In this document: positions 1-12,560 of the stretch, piece by piece
Position numbering within the stretch: position 1 is the first letter of the stretch
Layout of the letters: each line of letters starts with the position of its first letter
Assembly (NCBI GenBank): GCA_011109175.1
Contig: RDEW01000007.1
Location: 1,498,236 to 1,562,235 of the forward strand
Length of the DNA stretch: 64,000 nt
Source: Dicyema japonicum
Taxonomy: Eukaryota > Animalia > Dicyemida
Direction: 5' to 3'
The notes under the pieces: generated by a model
The model's input: only the letters and a program-made list of their open reading frames with translations
What the model was told of the DNA's origin: nothing
Databases searched by the model: none
Program-made: the position numbers and the translations under genes

Positions 1-1069
1 TTTCGAATTGATCTTCGAATTTGATTCTCACTTGAAAATAACCCATTTTTAAAGGGACCCCGATTTCTCCCTCTGCAAGAAAAGTCATCGGTTTGGCAAA
101 TAAAATCTGTAGCTGGGGAAAATAAAAGTGGTTTTTATTCAATGAAACATATCTGAGATGGTTCACAAATACTTTCAACAACAACAAAAAATCATTAACT
201 TTTTGTGCTTTAACGTATTTCTATGTTTATTGATAAAATAGTTCCATTCAATTTTTTGACAAATTCCTTGAAGATCGAAGCTATCCAAAAAGGGCTTCTA
301 AAATTACAGAACAATGGACTTCTGGTAAATTCCAGTCTCCAATGCTTTGGAATCGATAAAACGTAGAACCGAGAAACGTGCCTTTGCGACTTCGAAAATT
401 TAGTTAAACACACGATACGTGATTGAGTAGGCTCGAGGGATAAGCATCGGGCCGAGTTGAGGTCTCTATTAGAGCATGATAGGATCAATTGTTTAATTAG
501 TTTGTTTTATTGTGATCTTTAGAATTTTTTTAATTTTTATTTCACTGAAATATTATCATCCAAAAATATTATTCAACTAAACATTTAGCATTTCGAAAAC
601 AGTGTTGTTGTACTATTTAGCTTTTTCCATTCTTGATATGTTATAGCATCCTTAAGGCTTATTTCTTTACATGTCTCGGTTGATGATTTTCCGAGTTCAA
701 TTTTTTTCAGTTTTTGAATTAAAAAAATAAAAATAATAAGAAAATAAAAAAAATTTTTAAAAATGAGGCGGATTCGAGAGGTTTTACTGTATTTTGCTAA
801 ATCAGGGAATTATAAGGAAATTACAGAATTTGAGTTTTCATTATCTTCTGAGTCCGTCACCACGTCCATATAATGCAGAAAAGATAAAGTGTAGTATTTC
901 AGAAAATTTATAAGATTTTTAATAAAATTCAATTGATTCTAATAATTTCCAACTTAGTATTAAATGACTCCTTTTTTGCATTTTATTTGATTTTAGACTT
1001 TTATTTCTAACTAGCTCGGCTGCTCGCTTTGCTCACTGCGATCTAGGTTCTGCGGAACGCAGAACGGGG

Positions 1070-1250
1070 AACTAATGCTGTTACTTGGTACATTGCTGGA
1101 CGAGGACGGTCAAAGGATGATACGGGTCATTATTGCGTACACAGAAATACAAGTCTGGGTGGGTTCAGAGCAATCCCGTAAATTTGAGACACATATTGGC
1201 ACTCCTCAAAAAGTTTCTTTATCGCATACTATTTGTTATCTACGGTTGAT
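1070..1250 (+). mobile_element. RTE-like LINE reverse transcriptase fragment (copy B ~33570-33730)
   Basis: LLDEDGQRMIRVIIAYTEIQVWVG...HIGTPQKVSLS aligns with FLDEDNTRLVRFLLSNTELTVRVG...VGIHQGDSLS of the element at 48020-50366. Confidence 0.7.
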
Positions 1251-1639
1251 ATTTTCTGAAACAACTGTGCTGCCAAGTTAAACTTCATAGAATGGATGGT
1301 CATCGATACCTTGGGTCCTGGAATATAAGATCAATGTTTTGGAGGGTAACTTACAGAAGAGGATCAATATTCAGTGTGATGCAAAACTCAACCACAATCT
1401 AGCTATTAGACTGATCAATGGTATTATGAAGATGTTAACAATTATTTAATCAAAGGAAGCAATCATTCCTGTTCAGTTCCCAGAATAATATCACTCCTTG
1501 TTGGTTACTGCAGGGGAACATAGTGTTGAAACAGCATCGCGAGCACTTTCTATAAACAATCAAATACACCCATATGAGATAATCCCACAAAAACAATGAG
1601 AGCGTGAGTACAGCAAGGGTCGGTCCCTGTGGATAACTT

Positions 1640-2240
1640 GATATCATCTATATTATGACAACCGTATAGGTTCTGGTTTCTGATCATCTTCGGATAGTGT
1701 ATGTCCAATAGGGATTTCAGTTGTTTTCTGTGTTAAGCTTTCAAGCTTTCAGTACAAGTTTGATTCAAATCCCAGTTGTACAGCAAAATGGTTAGAATAA
1801 ATGCATTGTATAAACGCACCAGACGTGTGAATATTTTAGCCACGTGGACATTAGTCGTTTAAGTGCTAGAGTAGATAACATTTTCCCAATCATCGAGTAG
1901 TGAGCCGACTTTGTTCTCCATTTCTCATCTGTCAATTGAGTTTTTCTTTTACAGTTGTGACCTCCGTCTTTTGTTTTGTCATTTTCAGAAACCATCCAGC
2001 GAATGCTCCCGGAGCTGATTTATAACAGTTTTGATCTCTTATGTGTTCTCCGAAATAAAGTCTACGTCTACGTCATCCGCGTAAATTTGTTCTGTGAACA
2101 AAGTCGGCCCATTATGAGAGTTTATCCACAATTGGCATTGCTAAGTTTTCAGCTCTTTCCACCGGAGTAGATTCTGACGCACGTGGAAATACTCTTCAAC
2201 AACAACTGATAGGTTGTCCACAAAATAATTGTTTCAGAAT
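1640..2240 (-). mobile_element. Degenerate RTE-like LINE RT/C-terminal fragment (copy B ~34125-34720)
   Basis: Minus-strand translation across frameshifts gives EQIYADDVD, KVGSLLD, ILLYN and HRKQLKSLLDIHYPKMI. Confidence 0.65.
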
Positions 2241-2744
2241 CGTAGAAGACTGTCTCCAACCTTTAAACGCAAATTAGACAGACTGAACTATCGTATTGGT
2301 CATTTTAAACCAAAGGTCGACACACACAGAATAAACGTTGAATAAACGAAGGAAAGAGCTGAAAATTACAGAAGACGATGGCTCATCCATTTTAGAAGAG
2401 ATAGAACGCAAAAATGAGCGACTGGAGACGATGAAGGGGGAATTGTGTGAAATATTTGAGAAGTATCGTCAAAACGAGCAAAATGAGGCAAATCTCTAAA
2501 AGGAACGGTTAATCACTGAGATTGCCAAGACATCACACAATGTTGCAAACATTCTGTCTCTTTAATAATTATCGCAGAAGTCGAAGCTTTGTCTTTAATT
2601 ACAATAAGCCCTTTAAGGGTTTTGACTCAAAATATAAGGTCTATGGAATCGTGGCTAACCTGATAAAACCTAAGAACACAAAGATGATCACTGTTATCGA
2701 AGTGGCGGCTAAAACGAAAATAATCCCAAATTGCATTGGCGGCT

Positions 2745-4374
2745 AAAACGTCACCAAAATTGTCTACAAGCTCCAATGTTATCCCAGTGAGGACGATGCA
2801 AGGAAAAAGATCCTCTTTTGATAATTTCAAAAAGATGGGTTTGTCGACCATCTGGAGATCGGAAGGGGGGAAATCCGACCATAAAAATATATGTAATGAT
2901 TCCCAAAGCCCACAAGTCGACCTCCATGCCATACCCGATTTCTTTAAGTATTTCAGGAGCCACATAAGTCGGGGTACCGCACACAATAAAGGCCAAACAA
3001 TTCGATTCTATTGCAAGTCCAAGATCTTTCAATTTAAGGCACTTTGTCCCATTAGGTCTTCGATTAATCTAAAAGTAATCCAAATGAACTACACAAGAAT
3101 ATTGTCAGGTTTGACGTCTCTGTGCATAATTAGCCTTGAATGAAGATAAGACAAATCATTATCGATGTCCCTCACCATTTCTGAGGAGTCCTTTTCTGAG
3201 AATTTGGAGGTCGCCTTAATGTGATCAAACAAGTCCCCCAACTTTGAAAAATCCAAATCCAAAAAAAACCTCCACCAATTCCATCACCATGAAGACTTCC
3301 TTGACTGTATAAAATTTTTCGTAAAGCGTTATAATGTTTTCATCATTGCATCGACTTAAAATGTTGACCTCCTGTCGAAGGAGTGATTCCTTTCCCACAT
3401 ACTTTGATTTGTCCACAATTTCACCGCGAAAATACCACCTGTATATGTTCAATAGAAAACACCTGTCGTTATCTTCTTAGTTTTGTGCACCACGGAAAAG
3501 TCATCACCCCTATTCTTCCAGATAAAATGTAGTCATCGTAGAAATTTGATCTCGTCTTTACGATCGTAGGTAGCTTGGTTGTCTATTCTAAACTATTCAT
3601 GTAATATATTACGATTTTCAAATTCTGTTTGATAAATTTAGACAGCTCATTATTAGAATGTTCAGCATGTTTTGACTGTAAAGTTGAATTGGGGGTCTTT
3701 ACTAATATTTGTTGACGGAAGAACTGAGGTTTTAGTACTCTTGACTAATTTTGGGAAGTTTCCTTGGTCATTTTGCAGCCTTGAGATGTATTTTCTCTTA
3801 TTTTTACTACAAATTAGCGGGGTATTTACTTTATTTCTGTGATATGGTCAATATGGGGGGACCTTTTTCGAAATTTCTGGAAAAATGTTAAGTTTTGGGG
3901 ATTTATTCCTTTTAAGGCGAGGTTTTTCTAATTTTGAGGAAATTTTTTTCGTGTTCCGGTTTCTTGGGAATTTTTGATTTGTGAGATTTTCAGAAGCTTT
4001 CAAAGCCTGACTCCAACAACTAAGAGGTGATTTGTGTGAGGTCCATCGTGGAAAATATTAATCAACATGGTGTGGACTACTCTAATTTTGGTGAAGTGAT
4101 TAAGAGGGACGAATATGAACACATTTCTCCGGAAAATAAGCTTTTCTGGCTTATTGAATATCCTTCCCCTGATTGAATATAACGTTCCAACCATTTTCCC
4201 CCTTCTGTTAACCCGCGTGAAATAATCGGTAATATCTTTGTATAGAATAGTGAATTTGTCGGGCTTTAAATATTGCTGTTTTAAAAGCAATGACATTTTA
4301 TGTTGTGAAAAATAGCCATACTGACATATTATGATCACTTTGGAGGAGACGGAGGGTTCTTGTCCTAGTTTCAT
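2745..4374 (-). pseudogene. DCLK: Doublecortin-like kinase (DCLK/DCLK3-like), copy A; DCX domain plus CAMK-group kinase, C-terminally truncated
   Basis: DCX-like segment KVIIICQYG...KFTILYKDITDY...VGTLYSIRG. Kinase motifs AVKIVDKSK..GKE.LLRQEV, HRDVKPDNIL, KLKDLGLA, CGTPTYVAPEILKEIGYGMEVDLWALG, PPFRSPD..Q..LFEIIK.G...PHWDNI. Introns at 3439-3462 (24 nt), 3242-3269 (28 nt) and 3069-3094 (26 nt). DFG reads DLG; subdomain XI not found. Confidence 0.85.
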
Positions 4375-4453
4375 TTCCCTTGTTTTTATTGTTTTTCTTT
4401 CAGCTGTAGAAAATTTTTTTTTTTTTTTCGTGAATTCCATTCAATAACGTGGT

Positions 4454-5604
4454 TCAAATCGAAAAGAGCTTAGCAAACCCGACGAAGGTTAAATCAATTG
4501 GATCAAAGTCATCAATTTCATCAAAGTTTATAGGTACACAGAGATCGACCAGTCTTCGGGTGTACAGAAAATTGACTTTTCAGAAGATGGTTGAGTTTTC
4601 GACTGACTTCCACGTTAAGGCGATTTTAACAGAGTAATAGTTTGGCTTCAATGGGCCCCCTCTTCCATTTCCAGGAATCAACCTTGATATTGTTCACCGA
4701 CCATTCTATGTGACTCCATCTGCGAGCGCTTGTTTCGAAACATAAAAGTTCTTCCATCATCTTTTCAGTGAATTCATCATTGTCAAACAAATCCAGGATT
4801 TTCATGCAATCTTCTTCAGTTTTCAGACTATCCTGCCCAATCAGGGCATAGTCAATAAAATAAGAGTCGATCACTTCCAAGGCTCTGGTCAGACTAGGAT
4901 GTAGAATATTCTCCTTGTCACAAATTTCCCCAAACTGAACTTTGTGATTTTTCTTTTCATTTCCTTTCAATCAGTTTATTTTAAACCCCAATGAGAGACA
5001 AGTCTTCTGCTATAGACCCTCGTGCTCTCTGGGATAAATACCGAGCTTTTTTATTACAAACCCAGCAATTGAGTCCACGTCTACCTGAATAAACCAAAGC
5101 AATTGGGAAACCTAAAATCCTCTGAAAATAAATCAGTAAATCACCATTCAAGGCAGAATTTAATATTTTGGCGGCAATCAACAGCAGTTTCCAACAGAGG
5201 GAACACATGTCGGTCCGTTTCCAGCATTTTCTGACATCATCAAAGTCAGTCAGGTCGATATCGAAAACTAATTCCATTCCACAACTTCCATGACTCCGGA
5301 TCTGACTGTTTTGTGATCCTTTTGTCTGAAATTGTAAACAGGGCCAATATTAATCTTCAAGGACATCTCTGCTGCACCGCCGACTTCAATTCCGGTGGAT
5401 TGCTAAAAGACAAATGTCGACAGTAGATATCATCTTTCAATATAAAAGAGAACTCTCTTCGAGAAAATTGAAGACACTTCAAGATCACAAATATGTTCTA
5501 CCTTGGCCACATGAGAGCCATCGATAAATGTCACAGTATGGATATAGCTTTTTGTTGTAAATTGACAAATATTCCCCAATGAACGTCGGGTCAAACTTAT
5601 TCAT
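4454..5604 (-). pseudogene. PRIM1: DNA primase small (catalytic) subunit, copy A
   Basis: MNKFDPTFIGEYL..Y.K.LYPY, REFSFILKDDIYCR, ELVFDIDLTDFDDVR, VYSGRRGLNCWVC, LNHLLKSQFSVHPKTG. Introns at 5477-5501 (25 nt) and 5122-5144 (23 nt). Frameshifts present; the conserved His of SGRRGxH is Asn. The 3' end is uncertain. Confidence 0.92.
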
Positions 5605-5612
5605 ACGCTCAT

Positions 5613-8600
5613 TTTATTATCCCCACTTTATTTAACAAACAATAAAAAGTTAATATATTTAATCAACAACCTTCCTCGCCTGCCTGTTCGCCAGCCTCCT
5701 CAGGCAGGTTCGATTCTGGTTGCTGAAACAACTCCGAGAGCGCCTTGTCTAATTGAACCCCCTTCCCCATATGGCATCTCAGGGCTCTGCCTCCTATACT
5801 CCAGTGTCAGGCTCTCTAGGGTCCGCTTTAACACAGTGGACTGTAAATAGGCCTGGGGCCTCTATCTACCCCCAACTGCTTCAGATAACCCTTGTGGTAC
5901 TTTGTTGCAATTCCTTCCCACGTCATTACTATAGGAATAACGAGGACCTTGCAACCAAGCATCTGCCCCATCTCGTTTGCAAGAAAGTCATACTTCCTTT
6001 TTTTCTCCACCTCCACAGTCTGCAAACGGTCTTGAGACGTGATGTTAACCTCTATGATAAGGACTTGGCCAGACTCCTTATCGTGTACCACAATGTCCGG
6101 TTTATTGTGCTTGACTAGCACCCAGGTTCGGATTACACTGTCTACCTTAATTTGGACCCTGGTGTTCTCTACTACAGATTGCCCCTTATGAGTCCGCCAA
6201 CTTTCTGGTGTGGCGATACCATACTTATTGCATAGTAGAAGATGAAGACTGCTCCTTGACTTACAGTGGGGACATGTATTTGTTGATCGACCCCAAAAAA
6301 TATTGCGGTCTTGCATATACGTGTACAACGCCTCCGATCGAGGTGAGTTGTCACCGTATTTTAGCCATATTGTCGACGACTTAAGGTCGACATGTGGGTT
6401 GTCCAATGCTCTGAAGAGGACCTTATGAAGGCTTTTTAAGTTGATCTTTTCCATCAAATTATTATATTGTAATTCGATCAACGCCTTCAAATTTACTAGC
6501 CCACCATCATCAACACCATACTTAGCAGACAAAAAAGGTCTGATAGTGCCTAGGTGGGTTGCCCGTGTTTTCTCGGTCGTTATTATGGCGTGCTTCCTAG
6601 CAGACACACTTGACCCAGCTATCAGGGTGTCGTGCATTCGCATTAGGATACGCTCACTTAGTTGGACTACTCCACACAGTCCACGGCCGAATTTATCACG
6701 GGGTAAATATAGTCTCTCCTTATTGGCTGCCAGCACATGGACATGGTTCTCTCTGAGTACTCCACGGATCATAACATCCATCTCATCATACTCTTTGGGC
6801 TCAAACTCCACAACACCTATGTAGTAGTTTAGCAGCGAGACAGCATACTCATTTAATGCTAGGAACAAATTCCTTGCATTTAGAGACGTCTTACACAATA
6901 ACGCTGCTCTTTTACGGATGCCTTCAGTAATTTGTCGCTTTGTCTCAGGCATTATAAGGGACTTTGGAGATTCGGTAACACCCAGATACTTATATCCTTC
7001 GTGTTCCTCTAGGACTCTTACTAACTCGCTACATACTTGCGTGTTAGTCGCAGACTTTGAATAATTCAAATCTAGCCCTATACTCTCAAAGAATTCCCTG
7101 GCACAGACCCCCATGGAGTAGAGCTCCTCGGCTGTTCGAGCATACATCTTCAAGTCATCGATAAAAAGAAGGTGATTTGTACTGAAACAGACCCCTTCAC
7201 AATGAACTGGTATTTGCTCAAACCGGTCATTGAGGCGGCGACTCAATGGCTCCAAACAGAGAACAAAGAGTAGCGGAGACATGCTATCCCCCTAAGGATC
7301 CCCTCTTGAGTTTTACCTCGCCTATCCGGTGCCTATTATAGTTCAGATGAATACTCCACCTATTCATCACAGCCACTACAAAGCTGATGAACCACACAGG
7401 CATACACAGACTGTGTAGGCACTCGACAAGGTAAGAATGATCAACTGAATCGTAAGCCTTCTTCACATCCACCCACATAGACAAAAGTGAGTTTCCGTGA
7501 GACACAGAAAGGCATTTGTTGATCAAAGCCTGCTCTTTTGCCCCCTGACAATTTCGCACAGTTCCCAACTGATTCTCGGAGAGAATCCCATTTGCGTCTA
7601 CAAAGCTCCTGACCTCATTAGCCACCAATTTGGTCATCAGCTTATACAGGGTTGGCATGCAGGTTATCGGTCGATAATCTGCAGCAGACTGGGGGTTGTC
7701 CAGCTTTGGGATCAAATAAGTTGTCCCTGTGCATGCCCAATCAGGAATCGTTTCCGGGTTAGTGATGCTTTTCTGTAATACACGACACATAGACTCGTGT
7801 AATGAAGTGCATCTTTTGATAAAGAAATTATAAACTTTATCGACCCCGGTCGTCTTCCAATCAGGGAGATGTCTCACTACCGCCTCAAATTTCTTGCGAA
7901 AATCGAAAATTCCGCAAGATTCCGCCAAGAAAGGAGCGGCGCTGTACGGGACATTCCACGCATTTCCTCTGCGTGGTTTAGCCTCCCACATACTACCCCA
8001 TGTGGAAAGCATTTCCGCGTCCTGCTGGGAACATACACTATGGCCATTTTCGTGTAGGCGACGGTAAAACAATCTGCGATTAAACTCAAACAGATTATTT
8101 TCTCTCCTTCTCTTACACCGACTTTCATGTGTATAGAGTTTCCTCTTATACACCATTATTGCCCCCTCTAACTCCACCTTTGCCCTCCTCAACTCTTTGA
8201 GGTCCCATTTGGGAACACGGAGTTTACTAATTAGCCCCTTTACTATAGCCGGTGCTTTTCCTCTAACCCCTCTCGCCACACTACTTATGTGCCCCTCCAG
8301 TGCTTCCAGCTCAGTCTGTCTCCAAGCAATCTTGGCACAGATCTGCTCCCTCCATTTACTGGGTGGTCTGGGCTTGTCCGTCAATTCCTCATAGGTGATC
8401 TGTGCTGCATACAGCACTAGGGAGATGTCACCCAATGACCCTACTGGCTTAGCCTCCACCGCATAAGCCACAGCCTTATTGATGCAGGTTAACACTACAC
8501 CGTTAACCTTACAATGAGGAATCTTGCGGGTAAATCTACGGTCCTCAAGTGGGACATCTGCCGCTGCAGCGAGATTCCGCGCAAAGACCTCATAAACATG

Positions 8601-8892
8601 CTTGAGCTGCAACGTATCACAGCTCTGGTGCTCGTGCTCTCTTTGACAGTTGTGGTCACCTGGTCCCCGCCCCTTTAGACCAGTACCCTCTTTGCCTACA
8701 GCCATCTTCTTGAGTTCACTCACAGATATAGCAGTACTGAATCTGCCACTGCAGAGCTCCGCCAAGTATGGCCATCCATTCCAGGGCATTCGAGATAGCC
8801 TGCTACGTACCTGCAGGACTACCTGCCTCGCCCATTCTTTTGGGTCATCTGCCACAACGCTCTCGGATATGGCAAGAATTACATCATGCTTG
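5613..8892 (-). mobile_element. 5'-truncated R4/Dong-like non-LTR retrotransposon (RT plus C-terminal restriction-like endonuclease); copy A only
   Basis: ORFs 7284-8924 and 5828-7282 are joined by a frameshift. Motifs: YRPITCMPTLYK, WVDVKKAYDSVDH, MSPLLFVL, HLLFIDD, YKYLG, CPHC, NKPDIVV..IIEV..KKRKY (PD-(D/E)xK). Visibly more GC-rich than its flanks. Confidence 0.9.
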
Positions 8893-10575
8893 TGTTGCTT
8901 CTGAAAATAGCTTAAAAATGACAATTATGAAAATACAAAAAAATTAAGATCATTTAATAATTTTTTACTGCTAATGCGTTAATATGAAGAACAGGAACAC
9001 CATACAATTGAGGGATTTGATGGAACAGAAAATCATTAATTTTTAGATGGACAATAACATAGACTTTTTTTTTAATAAAATAGGTTAAATATTTATATTC
9101 GTTCACAATGAATGGAAAATGAAAATAAAAAATATTAATTATTTAATCTTTAATAAAATCTTGGTGTTATTTTCATCAATAATAGAAGATTGCTTGTATC
9201 AATCGACGAATGCATAAATCTATGAGTGTTGCTTCTGATAATAGCTTAAAATGACAATTATGAAAATACAAAAAATAAGATCATTTAATAATTTTTTACT
9301 GCAAATTCGTTAATATGAATAACAGGAATACCATACAATTGAGGGATTTGATGGAACAGGAAATCATTAATTTTAGATAGACAATAACATAGACTTTTTT
9401 TTTAATAAAAATAGGTTAAATATTTATATTTTGTTCACAATGAATGGAAAATGAAAATAAAAAATATTAATTATTTAATCTTAAATAAAATCTTGGTGTT
9501 ATTTTCATCAATAATAGAAGATTGCTTGTATCAATCGACGAATACATAAATCTATGACTGTTGCTTCTGATAATAGCTTAAAATGACAATTATGAAATAC
9601 AAAAAATAAGATCATTTAATAATTTTTTACTTCAAATTCGTTAATATGAAAAACAGGAACACCATCAATTGAGGGATTTGATGGAACAGGAAATCATTAA
9701 TATTTAGATGGACAATAACATAGACTTTTTTTTAAGAAAAATAGGTTAAATATTTATATTTTGTTCACAATGAATGGAAAATGAAAATAAAAAATATTCA
9801 TTATTTAATCTTAAATAAAATCTTGGTGTTATTTTCATCAATAATGGAAGATTGCTTGTATCAATCGACGAATGCATAAATCTATGAGTGTTGCTTCTGA
9901 TAATAGCTTAAAAATGACAATTATGAAATACAAAAAAAGATATTTAATAATTTTTTACTGCAAATGCGTTAATATGAAGACAGGAACACCATCAATTGAG
10001 GGATTTGAAATGGAAAGGAATCATTAATTTTTAGATGGACAATAACATAGACTTTTTTTAAAAAATAGGTTAAATATTTATATTTCGTTCACAATGAATT
10101 GAAAATGAAAATAAAAAATATTAATTATTTAATCTTTAATAAAATCTTGGTGTTATTTTCATCAATTATGGAAGATTGCTTGTATCAATCGACGAATACA
10201 TAATTCTATGAGTGTTTGCTTCTGATAATAGCTTAAAATGACAATTATGGAAATACAAAAAAATAATTTAATAATTTTTTACTGCAAATGCGTTAATATG
10301 AAGAACAGGAACACCATCAATTGAGGGATTTGATGGAAACAGGAAATCATTAATTTTTAGATGGACATAACATAGACTTTTTTTAATAAAAATAGGTTAA
10401 ATATTATATTTCGTTCACAATGAATTGAAAATGAAAATAAAAAATATTAATTATTAATCTTTAATAAAATCTTGGTGTTATTTCATCAATTATGGAAGAT
10501 TGCTTGTATCAATCGACGAATACATAATTCTATGAGTGTTGCTTCTGATATAGCTTAATATAACAATTATGAAAT
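8893..10575. repeat. ~330-bp AT-rich tandem repeat, ~5 units
   Basis: Marker gtatcaatcgacgaat at 9196, 9528, 9858, 10182 and 10506. Confidence 0.97.
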
Positions 10576-10754
10576 AACAAATATTTAGGATTCTTCGATA
10601 TATATAAATATATATATATTCAAGTGATTTTGATTCATTCAAATGATAATTGACTGGTGTATTATATTTTTAACTGGATACGCAAGTAAATCTTTATATG
10701 TAACTTTAGGTTTCATACATATAGAGAATTTCGTTAATTCAAGTGAGATTACAT

Positions 10755-11525
10755 CAAATGGTTCATTAATAGTTATTTTAAGAAACGACAATGCCAGCAT
10801 ATTCATGGTTCATTAATGGTTATTTTAAGAAACGACAATGCCAGCAAATTCAAATGGTTCATTAATGGTTATTTTAAGAAACGACAATGCCAGCAAATTC
10901 AAATGGTTTATTAATGGTTATTTTAAGAAACGACAATGCCAGCAAATTCAAATGGTTCATTAATGGTTATTTTAAGAAACGACGATGCACCATATTCAAA
11001 TGGTTCATTAATAATTTATTTTAAGAAACGATCATGCGAGCATATTCAAATGGTTCATTAATTGTTATTTTAAGAGACGACAATGCCAGCAAATTCAAAT
11101 GGTTCATTAATGGTTATTTTAAGAAACGACAATGCGATCATTTAGAAATTGTTCATTAATGGTTATTTTAAGATACGATGATCCAGCATCTTCAATTGGT
11201 TCATTAATCGTTATTTTAAGTGACGATAAAGCCAGCATATTCAAATGGTTCATTAATGGTTATTTTAAGAAAAGACAATGCCAGCAAATTCAAATTGGTT
11301 CATTAATGGTTATTTTAAGAAACGACAATGACACCATATTCAAATGGTTCATTAATAGTTATTTTAAGAAACGATAATGCCAGCTTCTTCAATTGGTTCA
11401 TTAATGGTTATTTTAAGAAACGACAATTCGATCATTTAGAAATTGTTCATTAATGGTTATTTTAAGAAACGATAATGCCAGCATCTTCAATTGGTTCATT
11501 AATGGTTATTTTAAGATTCGACAAC
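10755..11525. repeat. 49-bp minisatellite, ~16 units
   Basis: Unit caaatggttcattaatggttattttaagaaacgacaatgccagcaaatt, e.g. starting at 10851 and 10900. Confidence 0.97.
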
Positions 11526-12029
11526 TGAATCAGACAGTATTTCTTGACTGTCCAAGATATTAATTAGTTTAATTCTGGCGTTTTGTTAAGGGCAAAAATT
11601 TGGTTTCTTTATAGCAAAATAAATTTAATATTTGAATATTTAGATATGTTAGCCTTTTTGTATTAATTTCCAATCATGTTGTTAAACACATTAAGCAAGT
11701 TTCTTGCATCTGTTGCTTTGGACCGCTTAGAGCATCCTGCAGGAAAATACTGTGAACAAGCCAAGCTGGCTACCTTGAACGAAGGACGACAACGATATTG
11801 TGTAGAGCCATAGATGGCAGTCTGCAACTGCTCAAAGATATGAAAATGACACGACAATCCTTAGGATCGATATGTCAAGCGCTTTTGAAACTATTAGCTG
11901 ACACAAACTATGGATGTCCTAAAACAATTAGTAAACTAATCGGTACAAATATTATTCGAGTACTGCTATCTAGTACTGATTTGTTAGGCTATAACTTTTT
12001 TCTTGCAGTCTCCGAATGTGTCTATTACT

Positions 12030-12560
12030 CCAGTAACTCTCCTACTCGTCGGATATGAGTTCTCCTTGCTCCTTCCAATTATTTTCCCAAATTGCTAGAC
12101 ATTCACTTTCATTTAAATAGAATATAGTATCCCTGGATTCTCCATTTAATTTTCTGTAAAAAAGCCTCCAATTGAGTTCGAAACATCAAATTTGTTTCCT
12201 GAATTCTTTCCGGGATTCGTGTACTCTGAGTTTTTAATCCACAATATTTATTTCATCTTGAATGCAACTAACTATTCTTTCCAATTCACCCTTCTTCGAC
12301 TTTTGATATCCATATTGGTACATTGTATCCCTCGTATCGTCATCGAACCTCATATTCCTTTCTCATATTCCTTCATATTTCCTTTCTTTTCGACAAGGAC
12401 CGAGATTTGCTTGAGCTGTTTATTCAACTTCAGAAGTCTTCCTTACATGCGCTCAACCCACTGGCTCTTCTTTCTCGTAGATTGAGTCTTCCTGTCCAAA
12501 TACAGCCTCTCTTTGAAAGGAAGAAGTACTTGTTGCAAAAGAAGTTCCGCTATTCTTCAG
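12030..12560 (-). mobile_element. Diverged R4/Dong-like retrotransposon N-terminal fragment
   Basis: KKSQWVERM..RLLKLNKQL and CFELNWRLFYRKLNGE resemble PSKWREQI and LFEFNRRLFYRRLHE in the 7284-8924 ORF. Confidence 0.6.

Noticed and set aside
6441-8904. Plus-strand ORFs over the R4-like element, and other ORFs antisense to DCLK, DNAJC3 and the LINE
   Set aside because: Shadow ORFs of real coding sequence on the opposite strand.
8893-8924. N-terminus MSFLSYFQKQH of ORF 7284-8924
   Set aside because: It derives from the satellite across the truncation junction and is not a true start.
9196-9528. Spliced-leader RNA gene array
   Set aside because: An Sm-like site is present, but there is no GT donor at a suitable distance upstream; insufficient support.
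10755-11525. CRISPR-like array (conserved ~30 bp plus variable ~19 bp)
   Set aside because: The variable parts are mutated versions of one sequence, not unique spacers. No cas genes; eukaryotic context.
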